From Tolypothrix carrinoi HA7290-LM1 (lineage in GTDB: Bacteria > Cyanobacteriota > Cyanobacteriia > Cyanobacteriales > Nostocaceae): a stretch of DNA of 19,108 nucleotides. Under the pieces are notes generated by a model. It saw only the letters and a program-made list of their open reading frames with translations. It made no database searches and was not told the DNA's origin. Below, one piece after another: positions 8,654-17,007 of this stretch; position 1 is the first letter of the stretch, and each line of letters opens with the position of its first letter. Location of the stretch: NCBI GenBank assembly GCA_019358935.1, contig JAHHIK010000138.1, forward strand, positions 1-19,108. Reading direction: 5' to 3'. The position numbers and the translations under genes were made by a program.

Positions 8654-8990
8654 ATTGGGAATTGGGAATAGGTAATTGGGCATTGGGCATTGGGCTTTTT
8701 TAATTTGGGTCAAAGGGGAAAGGGAAAGGGGGAAAGGGAAATGAATCGGGGGAAAGTTTCAGTAATTTTAGACATTTTTACTAATTTTAAACAACTCTGC
8801 CCCTTTCCCCTTTCACGGCAGGTGCTACAACGGGGGGAACCCCAACGCCAGATGCCTCAACGGAGGGAACCTCCGCACGGCACTGGCTCCGCAACGCACT
8901 GCCTCCCCTTTCCCCTTTCCCCCCTCTTTAAAATCCCCATTCCCCATTACCCATTACCCATTACCCATTACCCATTCCCCATTCCCTAAT
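8654..8990. repeat. Concentric inverted STRR tracts
   Basis: Outer ATTGGG(A/C) repeats pair with CCCATT(A/C) repeats; inner GGGGAAA repeats pair with CCCCTTT repeats. Confidence 0.85.
8815..8905 (+). repeat. Nested pair of 45-nt structured dispersed elements
   Basis: Inner copy 8845-8889 lies within a 46-nt outer copy; removal restores a (CCCCTTT)n tract. Confidence 0.85.
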
Positions 8991-9000
8991 ACCCTTCATT

Positions 9001-10041
9001 TTAAGAATTTTTCTGAGTTGAAAGAGCCTTTTTACTGTCCGCGACTACTTCAAAATTACCCATGCAACCGTTTTCGGCGATCGCATCTTGATGCGGATGA
9101 AACATATACTTACCCGGATAGCGAAAGCTGAATTCTAAAATGTGTCGTTCCGCTATACCCATCGTAATTACATCTGCTTTGTGGGTGGGAGTGAGAGTCA
9201 TTCCCGTGGGATAAACATCAAAAAAGTTGGCGTGGAGGTGAAACGTAACCGCTGGATCGAATTCAATAATGTTGAGGACGTACAGCCGAATCAACTGATT
9301 TTGGTAAATCTTAATCGGATTATCCATGTAATAATGCGGCTGACCGTTGAAGGCGTAAAACTCATTGCGGTTATCATCATTAACATCATACCCAGCCATA
9401 ATTAAAGCTATTTCATCTGCCGGCGGACGTGGTTTGGGTGGGTCGATGATAAACATTCCGTATAACCCTTTGGCAATGTGACGGGTTACTGGTTCAATAT
9501 GGCAGTGGTACAAATGAACGCCATAAGGTTCCGCGTCAAATTCATAAATTGTGGCGCTACCGTTGCTAACTGGACGAACACCATCCATTTCTGCTGGGTG
9601 GACACCGTGAAAATGCAAAGAGTGAGAATGTCCGGCTTGATTGTGGAACAATACGCGCACGCGATCGCCTTGTTTTGCCCTTAGTGTAGGTCCTGGAATC
9701 CGACCATTTAAATCCCAGATGTTGTAAGACACAACACTATTTAGCTGGATGATGGAAGTCCCCGCACTTAAGCGAAATTCGCGGATAGTGCGTCCATTTT
9801 CTTGCTTTACCGTGCCATAATCAAAATTCCGGAGTACCTGCATCGGGTTAGCTGCGTTTTTTGGTGCAGTTGTTGGTGCGATCGCCTCCATCGGCGGTAT
9901 TTTGACAATTGACTTACTTTGTGCATTTAACGTATGCCAAAGCGCCGTCGCCCCAGTCACACCCGCACCAGCTAATCCCAGTTTCAACAGTTGGCGACGG
10001 CTCCAAAGGTTTTCTTGCCCCAAAGCAAAATTGTTAGGCAT
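9001..10041 (-). CDS. Tat-exported two-domain multicopper oxidase
   Basis: Twin-arginine SRRQLLK; IPGPTL; HSLHFHG; YHCHIEPVTRHIAKGL; FHLHAN; FHPH. Confidence 0.9.
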   Translation of the reverse strand: MPNNFALGQENLWSRRQLLKLGLAGAGVTGATALWHTLNAQSKSIVKIPPMEAIAPTTAPKNAANPMQVLRNFDYGTVKQENGRTIREFRLSAGTSIIQLNSVVSYNIWDLNGRIPGPTLRAKQGDRVRVLFHNQAGHSHSLHFHGVHPAEMDGVRPVSNGSATIYEFDAEPYGVHLYHCHIEPVTRHIAKGLYGMFIIDPPKPRPPADEIALIMAGYDVNDDNRNEFYAFNGQPHYYMDNPIKIYQNQLIRLYVLNIIEFDPAVTFHLHANFFDVYPTGMTLTPTHKADVITMGIAERHILEFSFRYPGKYMFHPHQDAIAENGCMGNFEVVADSKKALSTQKNS

Positions 10042-10101
10042 GGAATTTCCAATTAGCGCCCAAATAAATAAGTTTGCAATTTTTTTGCAATTGACCTATG
10101 T

Positions 10102-10130
10102 ATATTATCGAAATCAATAATTTTTGTCAA
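10102..10130 (-). promoter_or_regulatory. Putative sigma70-type promoter of the oxidase gene
   Basis: Minus strand TTGACA-17 nt-TAATAT; TTGCAA-N5-TTGCAA dyad at 10074-10090 just downstream. Confidence 0.5.
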
Positions 10131-10470
10131 TAATTTTATCAGGTTGCTATTTCAGGCAATAAGTCTAGCCTATCAAAGAATGCAATCTGAAAAAGTCAGG
10201 ATTAATTTAGTTTTGGCTGAATTTATTTACGTATATTTGTTAACTAAAAAGCAACATAAATTACTATAGCTTTGCATATGTTGATAGTTTTGTTGCCACA
10301 AGCGAATGATAAACTGTTATGAATTTAACAAAGGAACTTTAAGCTGTGAAGATGCGTCCTTCTCACCTTAATAAAAAATTGCCACGGATTGTTGATTTTT
10401 AATTTAGAAGAGTGCGATCGCGGCATTAGTTGATTTAAACTGACTGATTGACATACATCTGCGGGTACAA

Positions 10471-11244
10471 ATGTCAAGAATTATTATCAAGTCAAAACGC
10501 ACAACACTAGTTATCATCGGGGTTCTCAGCTTCTACGTCATAGTCAGCGCATCTGCACCAGCTTATGCGATGCACATTATGGAAGGCTTTTTACCACCGA
10601 AGTGGGCGATTTTTTGGTGGGTAGTAGCGTTACCATTTTTTGTATTGGGATTGCGATCGCTGACTCGCATCACCCAAACCAACCCAGAACTAAAATTACT
10701 TTTAGCGCTGTCGGGAGCCTTTACTTTTGTGCTTTCAGCCTTAAAAATCCCTTCAGTCACCGGTAGCTGTTCTCATCCCACAGGAACAGGATTAGGTGCA
10801 GTGCTATTTGGACCTTTAGCAATGTCCGTGCTGGGTACTTTAGTATTGTTATTTCAAGCATTGCTGTTAGCGCACGGTGGTTTGACAACATTGGGAGCAA
10901 ATGCTTTTTCGATGGCGATCGCCGGACCATTTGCCGCTTACTGGATATATCATCTCACAATGCGGCTAAGTGGTAAGCAAAGAATCGCCATCTTTTTAGC
11001 CGCAGCTTTAGGAGATTTACTCACATACATCATTACATCGATCCAACTCGCTTTAGCTTTTCCCGCACCAATTGGGGGATTTATCGCTTCATTTATCAAG
11101 TTTGCCGGAATTTTTGCCTTTACTCAAGTTCCTTTAGCTATTAGTGAAGGATTGTTAACTGTGCTGGTGTGGAACTGGCTACAATCTTACACCCCGCAAG
11201 AATTGGAACTGTTGAAATTAATCAAACAGGAAAGCCAAGGATAG
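10471..11244 (+). CDS. cbiM: Cobalt ECF transporter substrate-binding component
   Basis: Signal peptide ending AYA followed by [28 protein letters not shown]. Confidence 0.95.
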   Translation: MSRIIIKSKRTTLVIIGVLSFYVIVSASAPAYAMHIMEGFLPPKWAIFWWVVALPFFVLGLRSLTRITQTNPELKLLLALSGAFTFVLSALKIPSVTGSCSHPTGTGLGAVLFGPLAMSVLGTLVLLFQALLLAHGGLTTLGANAFSMAIAGPFAAYWIYHLTMRLSGKQRIAIFLAAALGDLLTYIITSIQLALAFPAPIGGFIASFIKFAGIFAFTQVPLAISEGLLTVLVWNWLQSYTPQELELLKLIKQESQG

Positions 11245-11343
11245 TTAAAAAGAGATGAAAAAAATTGCATAAATTAGGAAAAACTCCGCGCTCCTCTGCG
11301 CTTACTTAGCGCTCCTCTGCGTTTAAATCTCTACTAAAAAAAA

Positions 11344-11652
11344 ATGACAAATACAAAATTGCAGAACTGGCTGTTAGTAGTTGCAGTATTAACTTTAGCG
11401 ATCGCACCATTAATATTTGTGCGTGGCGCAGAATTTGCCGGTGCAGATGCTCAAGCTGAAAAAGCGATTACTGAAGTACAGCCAGGATATGAACCTTGGT
11501 TTCAATCAGTATTTGAACCGGCTAGTGGTGAAATAGAAAGCTTATTGTTTGCGTCTCAAGCTGCTTTGGGTGCTGGTGTAATTGGTTATGTAATTGGTTT
11601 ATATAAAGGGCGATCCGAACAGCGAAACAGTAATAATGAACATTCAGATTGA
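11344..11652 (+). CDS. cbiN: Cobalt transport protein CbiN
   Basis: FAGAD..A, YEPWF, SGEIESLLFASQAALGAG. Confidence 0.95.
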   Translation: MTNTKLQNWLLVVAVLTLAIAPLIFVRGAEFAGADAQAEKAITEVQPGYEPWFQSVFEPASGEIESLLFASQAALGAGVIGYVIGLYKGRSEQRNSNNEHSD

Positions 11653-12433
11653 CACGCTAGCTTATACTAATAAGTTGCGGTGGTTAGCCCCAGAGCAGAA
11701 ATTATTGTTAGCGATCGCTCTATTAATCATCATTGCCTTTGCTCATCCACAAATACAAATTTTGATTGCTATTTGGATGAGCATTTGGACAGTTGTTTAT
11801 GCTGGCATTCCTGCCAAAATTTATCTGAAATTAGTTTATGTTGCCACTTTCTTCTGGTTAACCAGTTTACCAGCTTTAGCCATCAACGCCATCAATATAT
11901 CTCATCTAGATTTAGTGCAAAATGACTCAATAAAAGGGTTGACTATTGGCGGTTATTATGTATATCTTAGCCAGAGTGGAATAAAGCAGGGATTGACAAT
12001 TTTAACGAGAGCGATCGCATCACTTTCCTGCTTATATTTTGTCATGTTAACCATCCCTTTTACTGAACTTTTGCAAACTTTGCGGCGCGTTGGTTTTCCG
12101 GTGCTTTTAACAGACCTTTTATTACTAATGTATCGCTTTATTTTCGTTTTGTTAAATGCCGCCGCCGAGTTATGGACTGCTCAACAATCTCGTGGTGGTT
12201 ATCGCACTTTTTCTACAAGTATGAAAAGTTTAGCTTTATTAATTGGACAATTACTCAAGCGTACCATAGAAAACTATCGTCAAGTCTCCTTAAGTTTAGA
12301 ATCACGCGGATTTAATGGAGAATTTAGAGTTTGGCATCCCCACCGATATCATCACTCGCAGCGGTATGCGATCGAAGCAATTTTTGGTTGTACGTTATTA
12401 ATAATATTAGAATGCAGCATATCTCTTTTCTGA
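11636..12433 (+). CDS. cbiQ: Cobalt ECF transporter T component
   Basis: ATG at 11636 overlaps the cbiN end; MYRFIFVL, QQSRGG and LESRGF coupling motifs. Confidence 0.92.
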   Translation: MNIQIDTLAYTNKLRWLAPEQKLLLAIALLIIIAFAHPQIQILIAIWMSIWTVVYAGIPAKIYLKLVYVATFFWLTSLPALAINAINISHLDLVQNDSIKGLTIGGYYVYLSQSGIKQGLTILTRAIASLSCLYFVMLTIPFTELLQTLRRVGFPVLLTDLLLLMYRFIFVLLNAAAELWTAQQSRGGYRTFSTSMKSLALLIGQLLKRTIENYRQVSLSLESRGFNGEFRVWHPHRYHHSQRYAIEAIFGCTLLIILECSISLF

Positions 12434-12494
12434 CCAGAGCATCCCAATACGGTCATTTGCGGGCATCTGCGTGCCTTTATTTTAATATCATATT

Positions 12495-13322
12495 ATGCAG
12501 CAATATTTACTTGAATTTGAACAAGTACATTACACATATCCGGGCGCACAACAATCCGCACTTAATAATTTAACATTACAAATACCCGCTAATAAAAGAT
12601 GTGCCTTAATTGGTCAAAATGGTTGCGGAAAAACTACATTATTCTTGTTAGCTAACGGTCTATACAAACCTCATAAAGGTAATGTTAAATGGCAAGGAGA
12701 GGCACTAAAGTATGACCGAAAATATTTACTACAATTACGCCAAAAAGTCGGACTTATATTTCAAGATCCAGAGCAACAACTCGTAGCCTCTACTGTTGAA
12801 GAAGATATATCTTACGGTTTGTGTAACTTAGGGTTGCCAGACACAGAAATTAAACAACGAGTAGAACAAGCATTAGATGAATTTGGATTAACTACTTTAG
12901 CAGAAAGACCAGTACATCATCTGAGTTTAGGGCAAAAAAAACGAGTTTCCATTGCAGATGTGATGGTGTTACGACCTCAACTTTTATTATTAGATGAACC
13001 TACAGCATATTTGGATCGATTGCATACTCGTAACCTGATGGCAACTCTAAAAAAGATTCATGCATCTGGGACAACAATACTCATGGCAACTCATGACCTA
13101 GATTTAGTTTATCGTTGGGCAGACTGGATTTTTGTCATGGATAAAGGACAACTCGTGTTAGAAGGAGAGCCAGAAGATGTGTTTAAACAACGTCAAATTA
13201 TGGAAGATTTACAGTTAGGAGTACCGCTAATATATGAGATGTTATTTTCTGAAGAATTGGCAGAAGAACCTGTTTTAGAACGGGTACGGCAACGGATATT
13301 GAATTTATTTCGTTATTTTTAA
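12495..13322 (+). CDS. cbiO: ECF transporter ATPase
   Basis: GQNGCGKT, FQDPEQQL, LSLGQKKR, LLLLDEP, THD. Confidence 0.93.
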   Translation: MQQYLLEFEQVHYTYPGAQQSALNNLTLQIPANKRCALIGQNGCGKTTLFLLANGLYKPHKGNVKWQGEALKYDRKYLLQLRQKVGLIFQDPEQQLVASTVEEDISYGLCNLGLPDTEIKQRVEQALDEFGLTTLAERPVHHLSLGQKKRVSIADVMVLRPQLLLLDEPTAYLDRLHTRNLMATLKKIHASGTTILMATHDLDLVYRWADWIFVMDKGQLVLEGEPEDVFKQRQIMEDLQLGVPLIYEMLFSEELAEEPVLERVRQRILNLFRYF

Positions 13323-13323
13323 T

Positions 13324-13395
13324 GTTAGTGGATAGTGGTTAGTGGATAGTGGTTAGTGGTTAGTGGGTAGTGGTAGTGGATAGTGGATAGTGGTT
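13324..13395. repeat. STRR tract (TAGTGGA/TAGTGGT)n
   Basis: About ten degenerate 7-mers directly after the cbiO stop. Confidence 0.85.
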
Positions 13396-13755
13396 TTTCA
13401 TCTTTAGTTTTGTTTAAGTCCCGTTAATAGTGTGTTAACGGCGGTTGACGTACTATCTCTAATTTTTATCTATTAGCTATTTTCTAATTTGGGTGAAATT
13501 AAAAATAACCAATAATCTTTATAAAAATAATTAATACAGTAAAATCCCGGTAGTCTGTAAAATTAACAGTAATTTTAGGTAATAAATGTAGATAATGTGT
13601 AAAGCCATCTGAAACTAGCTTTTTTGAGTGTTTAAAGTCATCAGTATTTTTACTGTTTGAATAATTTAATATAGTCGGTTCATATATTGGACGCAAAAAC
13701 CCGCTACTATCGCGGGTTACAGCCTTTTGAGTTATGAGAAGTGCAATTTGAGAAA

Positions 13756-13956
13756 CTAAAGATTTTCTTTCGTGTGTCGTTTCGCTTCTATTAATTCCTG
13801 TAGTACGTCAGTTTCATCTACGGTGTAAAACTTTTGGTTAGGTTCTGCGTTAATTTTATCCATTAGTGCGTAAAACGCGTCTGCATCATTACGATGCTCT
13901 AGCAGATAGCGTTTTAGCTCTGTTTTACTCATTGTCTCAAAGTTAAGCTCACTCAT
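13756..13956 (-). CDS. Small protein, DUF6887-like
   Basis: NFETMSKTELKRYLLEHRNDADAFYALMDK resembles this cyanobacterial family as I recall it; ATG at 13956 overlaps the upstream stop (ATGA). Confidence 0.7.
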   Translation of the reverse strand: MSELNFETMSKTELKRYLLEHRNDADAFYALMDKINAEPNQKFYTVDETDVLQELIEAKRHTKENL

Positions 13957-14144
13957 TCGTCGTATCTCCATTTCCCATCACGGGTAATTACAATCCCTGT
14001 TTCTTCACCAGCCAAAATATAAATATTCCCCGTTCGTTCATCCAATCTCACAATGGAAATGTCCAGTAACATTGTTGTTAAGTTTTGGCTAAGGATGAAA
14101 CAAGTTAGATTTTGTTCGGCTGTGGGATAGCGCGAATACCTCAT
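13953..14144 (-). CDS. Small protein, DUF6888-like
   Basis: PTAEQ...RLDERTGNIYILAGEE..I.I..DGKWRY pattern; ATGA overlaps at both ends. Confidence 0.7.
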   Translation of the reverse strand: MRYSRYPTAEQNLTCFILSQNLTTMLLDISIVRLDERTGNIYILAGEETGIVITRDGKWRYDE

Positions 14145-14329
14145 CGACTTTGATTTACCTTTTCGATAGCCGCATCACACCACATCCTTATTGCTTGTTC
14201 CATCGCTTCACTATGTCCAATTTCTAATTCCAGAGCTAACTGTTTGAAATTTTTAACTAGTTTTTTAGGCAGATAAGCAGCACTTTGTGTGTAATCGCTA
14301 TGGGTGCGTTTGTTAATTCGGTTTTCCAT
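14141..14329 (-). CDS. Ribbon-helix-helix (CopG/ParG-like) DNA-binding protein
   Basis: YTQSAAYLPKKL...FKQLA......SEAMEQAIRMW strand-helix-helix pattern. Confidence 0.65.
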   Translation of the reverse strand: MENRINKRTHSDYTQSAAYLPKKLVKNFKQLALELEIGHSEAMEQAIRMWCDAAIEKVNQSR

Positions 14330-14399
14330 AATGAGAGAAAAGTTAATTTGCTGTTATGCTAGCACGCTAACTAATTATCTGCTTAACTGTCTTAACTGT

Positions 14400-14485
14400 C
14401 CTTCAACTAACTCCTAACAACCATCAACCACCAACTAACTCCTAACAACCATCAACCATTAACCATCAACTATCAACCAACAACT
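14400..14485. repeat. STRR tract (CCATCAA/CAACTAA-type)
   Basis: Degenerate 7-mers with an internal duplication of CAACTAACTCCTAACAACCATCAACCA. Confidence 0.8.
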
Positions 14486-15263
14486 AACACCTAACCCTAA
14501 TCGGTGCATGTTCAATTAAACAATAAGGACGACTGTAGCTGAGTGGAGGTTCTAAAGCGTGAGCGAGCAAAAATTCTGAATCGTTCATTACCTGCTCAGT
14601 CTGACCATCGAAAACAATTTGTCCTTGACTCAATACAATAGTGCGGGAACAAAGTTCCAAAGCTAAATCTAAATCGTGGGTAGCAATTAGTTGAGTAAAA
14701 GGCAAAGTTTGTAACAAATCAATTAACTGACGACGCGATCGCGGATCTAATTGAGCAGAAGGTTCATCCAATACCAAAACCTGCGGATTCATCGCTAAAA
14801 CTCCTGCGATCGCAATCCGTTTCTTTTCTCCTCCAGATAAATTATCAGTATTGCGTTGCCCAAACCATTCTGGATCGATATCAACCGCAGCCATAGCTTG
14901 AAGAACGCGATTTTTCAGTTCTTCATCTCGCAAACCCAAATTCATCGGACCAAAAGCAACATCTTCCCATACTGTGGGCATAAATAGCTGATTATCTGGA
15001 TTTTGAAAAACCAATCCGACAAAATTCCGAATTTCTCGCAAATTCTCAGGAACTACTAACCATTCACCAATAATTACTTCTCCTTCTTGAGGTAAAGTAA
15101 TTCCATTTAAGTGAAACTGTAAAGTAGATTTTCCCGAACCATTTGCCCCAATTAATGCTACCCGTTCCCCAGCTTCGATAGATAGATTAATTTTTTTTAA
15201 AGCCTGAGTTCCATCAGGGTAGGTATAGCTAAGATTTTTGATTCTTATGGGATTATGATGCAT
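14484..15263 (-). CDS. Ni/Co ECF transporter ATPase (NikO/CbiO)
   Basis: GANGSGKST, FQNPDNQLF, LSGGEKKR, VLVLDEP, THD. Confidence 0.92.
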   Translation of the reverse strand: MHHNPIRIKNLSYTYPDGTQALKKINLSIEAGERVALIGANGSGKSTLQFHLNGITLPQEGEVIIGEWLVVPENLREIRNFVGLVFQNPDNQLFMPTVWEDVAFGPMNLGLRDEELKNRVLQAMAAVDIDPEWFGQRNTDNLSGGEKKRIAIAGVLAMNPQVLVLDEPSAQLDPRSRRQLIDLLQTLPFTQLIATHDLDLALELCSRTIVLSQGQIVFDGQTEQVMNDSEFLLAHALEPPLSYSRPYCLIEHAPIRVRC

Positions 15264-15277
15264 TAATATAATCTGAT

Positions 15278-15548
15278 ATTAGTTAGTGGATAGTTGATAG
15301 TAGATAGTAGATAGTGGATAGTGGATAGTTGATAGTGGGTAGAGTTAGGAGTTAGGAGTTAGGAGTTACGAGTTAGAAGTTTTTTTAACCACTAATAACT
15401 AACCACTAACCACCAACAACCCTTCGGGTTCACCACTTGCTACAACGGGGGGAACCCCACGCCAGTCGCCTCAACGGAGGGAACCTCCGCACAGCGCTGG
15501 CTCCGCAACGCAGTGGTTCACCAACAACCAACCACTAACCACCAACAA
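15278..15548. repeat. Mixed STRR tracts containing a nested pair of 45-nt elements (15430-15519)
   Basis: TAGTGGA/TTAGGAG and CCACTAA 7-mers; inner element 15459-15503; small hairpin AACCCTTCGGGTT at 15418-15430. Confidence 0.85.
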
Positions 15549-15549
15549 A

Positions 15550-16326
15550 TTACAAAATCAAATAAACAGCTTGTCCAAGTAGTGCTAAAATCAGCGTCAA
15601 AGTTAAAGCGATCGCATCACTTCGTCCTGGTTGTGGTAATTTTTCTATCGGTAATACTCCTTGATAACCCCGCGACAGCATCGCTTGATGAACGCGGTTT
15701 CCTCGCTCGTAAGTGCGGATAAATAGCGCTCCGATCATATTGCCAACTACCAAGCGGATACTACGATTGCTGTTCATCAAATTGCGTGATGCTGCTGCCC
15801 GTCGCATGATGTTAAACTCACCGATCAACACACCAATATAGCGATACATTGAAGCCAAAATTGCGACTAACAGCGGTGGGGTTCGCAGTTCGATTAAAGC
15901 ATTAAGCAACGCTGATACCGAAGTTGTTAAAGTTAACAAATTCAACATCAGTAAAGATAGCAACGCCTTAATAGTCACACTACCTAAGACAGTTAGCCCG
16001 ACTGTAGTAATTTGCAACGGACCCCAAGCCCAAAGCACTGTACCACCACCTCGGAACAAAGTACCCAAAAGCACAACACCGACAAAACCCAACTCAACCG
16101 CTAAACGTTTTAGTAGCACGCTGAAGGTGACTTTACTGAGTAATAAAATGCTTGCCACAGCCAAGCCATAAATCGCCCAAGTCCACCAATGTCCATTTGG
16201 TGTCAGGGCAATTGCAAACACAAGTAGCAATGTACATAGTATCCGGGTGCGGGGAGCGAGTTTGTGCCAGGGAGTAATCTGTTTACTATTAACATCAAGC
16301 GCGATCGCCCCAATATGCAGCAGCAT
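15550..16326 (-). CDS. Ni/Co ECF transporter T component (NikQ/CbiQ)
   Basis: MYRYIGVL, AASR, RTYERG, AMLSRGY. Confidence 0.92.
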   Translation of the reverse strand: MLLHIGAIALDVNSKQITPWHKLAPRTRILCTLLLVFAIALTPNGHWWTWAIYGLAVASILLLSKVTFSVLLKRLAVELGFVGVVLLGTLFRGGGTVLWAWGPLQITTVGLTVLGSVTIKALLSLLMLNLLTLTTSVSALLNALIELRTPPLLVAILASMYRYIGVLIGEFNIMRRAAASRNLMNSNRSIRLVVGNMIGALFIRTYERGNRVHQAMLSRGYQGVLPIEKLPQPGRSDAIALTLTLILALLGQAVYLIL

Positions 16327-16367
16327 CTAATGAATTTTGGATTTTAGATTTTGGATTTTGGATTGAT

Positions 16368-16536
16368 CCGGACTTACGCAAAAACTCTCTGCAACTCTTA
16401 TTCCTTCTCCTTCACCAGACGCCAAGGGCGAACGTGTACGAGCGTGCCTAGCCTGCGGATAAGCGCGTACTCCGTTGGAGAAGCCGAAGGCTAGCAGTAC
16501 GCGGTTCGTTATTTCGTGACTCGTGCGTAAGTCCTA
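16368..16536. mobile_element. MITE with GGACTTACGCA terminal inverted repeats
   Basis: GGACTTACGCA at 16370-16380 and TGCGTAAGTCC at 16524-16534; 5-bp direct repeat TTGAT at 16363-16367 and 16537-16541. Confidence 0.85.
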
Positions 16537-16622
16537 TTGATAAAAAGAAGGGGTAAGGGTAAAAATTAAAAGTTAAAAGGGAATTTTCTTTTCTTCCCTT
16601 TCCCCGTCTTTTTTCATGTAGT

Positions 16623-16994
16623 TTATTCTGAATCATCCGTATACCGGGATTCATCATACTCACGATGAGATGAACTTGTACCACGTACAACTAGTTTGCC
16701 AATTCCCCAAGCCAAGCCAAAAACGGCTAAAGTTCCGACTAAGCCAGCGATGGGAGTAGCTACAGCTTCGGGTACACCTCTGAGGGCATATTCATCAAAA
16801 ACAGCGTAGAAGGGTAGCTTTTTAGCTGGTGCATCTTCATGTGCTTTATCCTCAAACTTGAGATCCTGCGAGACTCGATCCAAGCCATCAGGGTTTTTAC
16901 TAGCAAAGGGAGAAAGAAAAATTGCAATTAGCAAAGCAATACCCAAACCAGCTATTACAAAAGCACGATTGCGCGATCGCGTATCATTACTCAT
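16623..16994 (-). CDS. PDGLE-domain NikN-like auxiliary ECF component
   Basis: LSPFASKNPDGLDRV motif between two TM helices; ATG at 16994. Confidence 0.88.
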   Translation of the reverse strand: MSNDTRSRNRAFVIAGLGIALLIAIFLSPFASKNPDGLDRVSQDLKFEDKAHEDAPAKKLPFYAVFDEYALRGVPEAVATPIAGLVGTLAVFGLAWGIGKLVVRGTSSSHREYDESRYTDDSE

Positions 16995-17007
16995 AGTTGA
17001 ATCCCTA

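Noticed and set aside
8690..8989. 99-aa ORF on plus
   Set aside because: Made entirely of STRR and 45-nt element sequence.
9001..10041. nirK copper nitrite reductase
   Set aside because: HxH pairs in both domains indicate a trinuclear oxidase site; axial Leu and the gene context also disagree.
10150..10470. Cobalamin riboswitch upstream of cbiM
   Set aside because: Expected from context, but the conserved B12-box motifs are not visible and the leader is AT-rich.
13499..13696. 65-aa ORF on minus
   Set aside because: Non-ATG start, very AT-rich, no recognisable motif.
16448..16690. 80-aa ORF on minus
   Set aside because: Overlaps the nikN-like gene out of frame and runs through repeats and the MITE.
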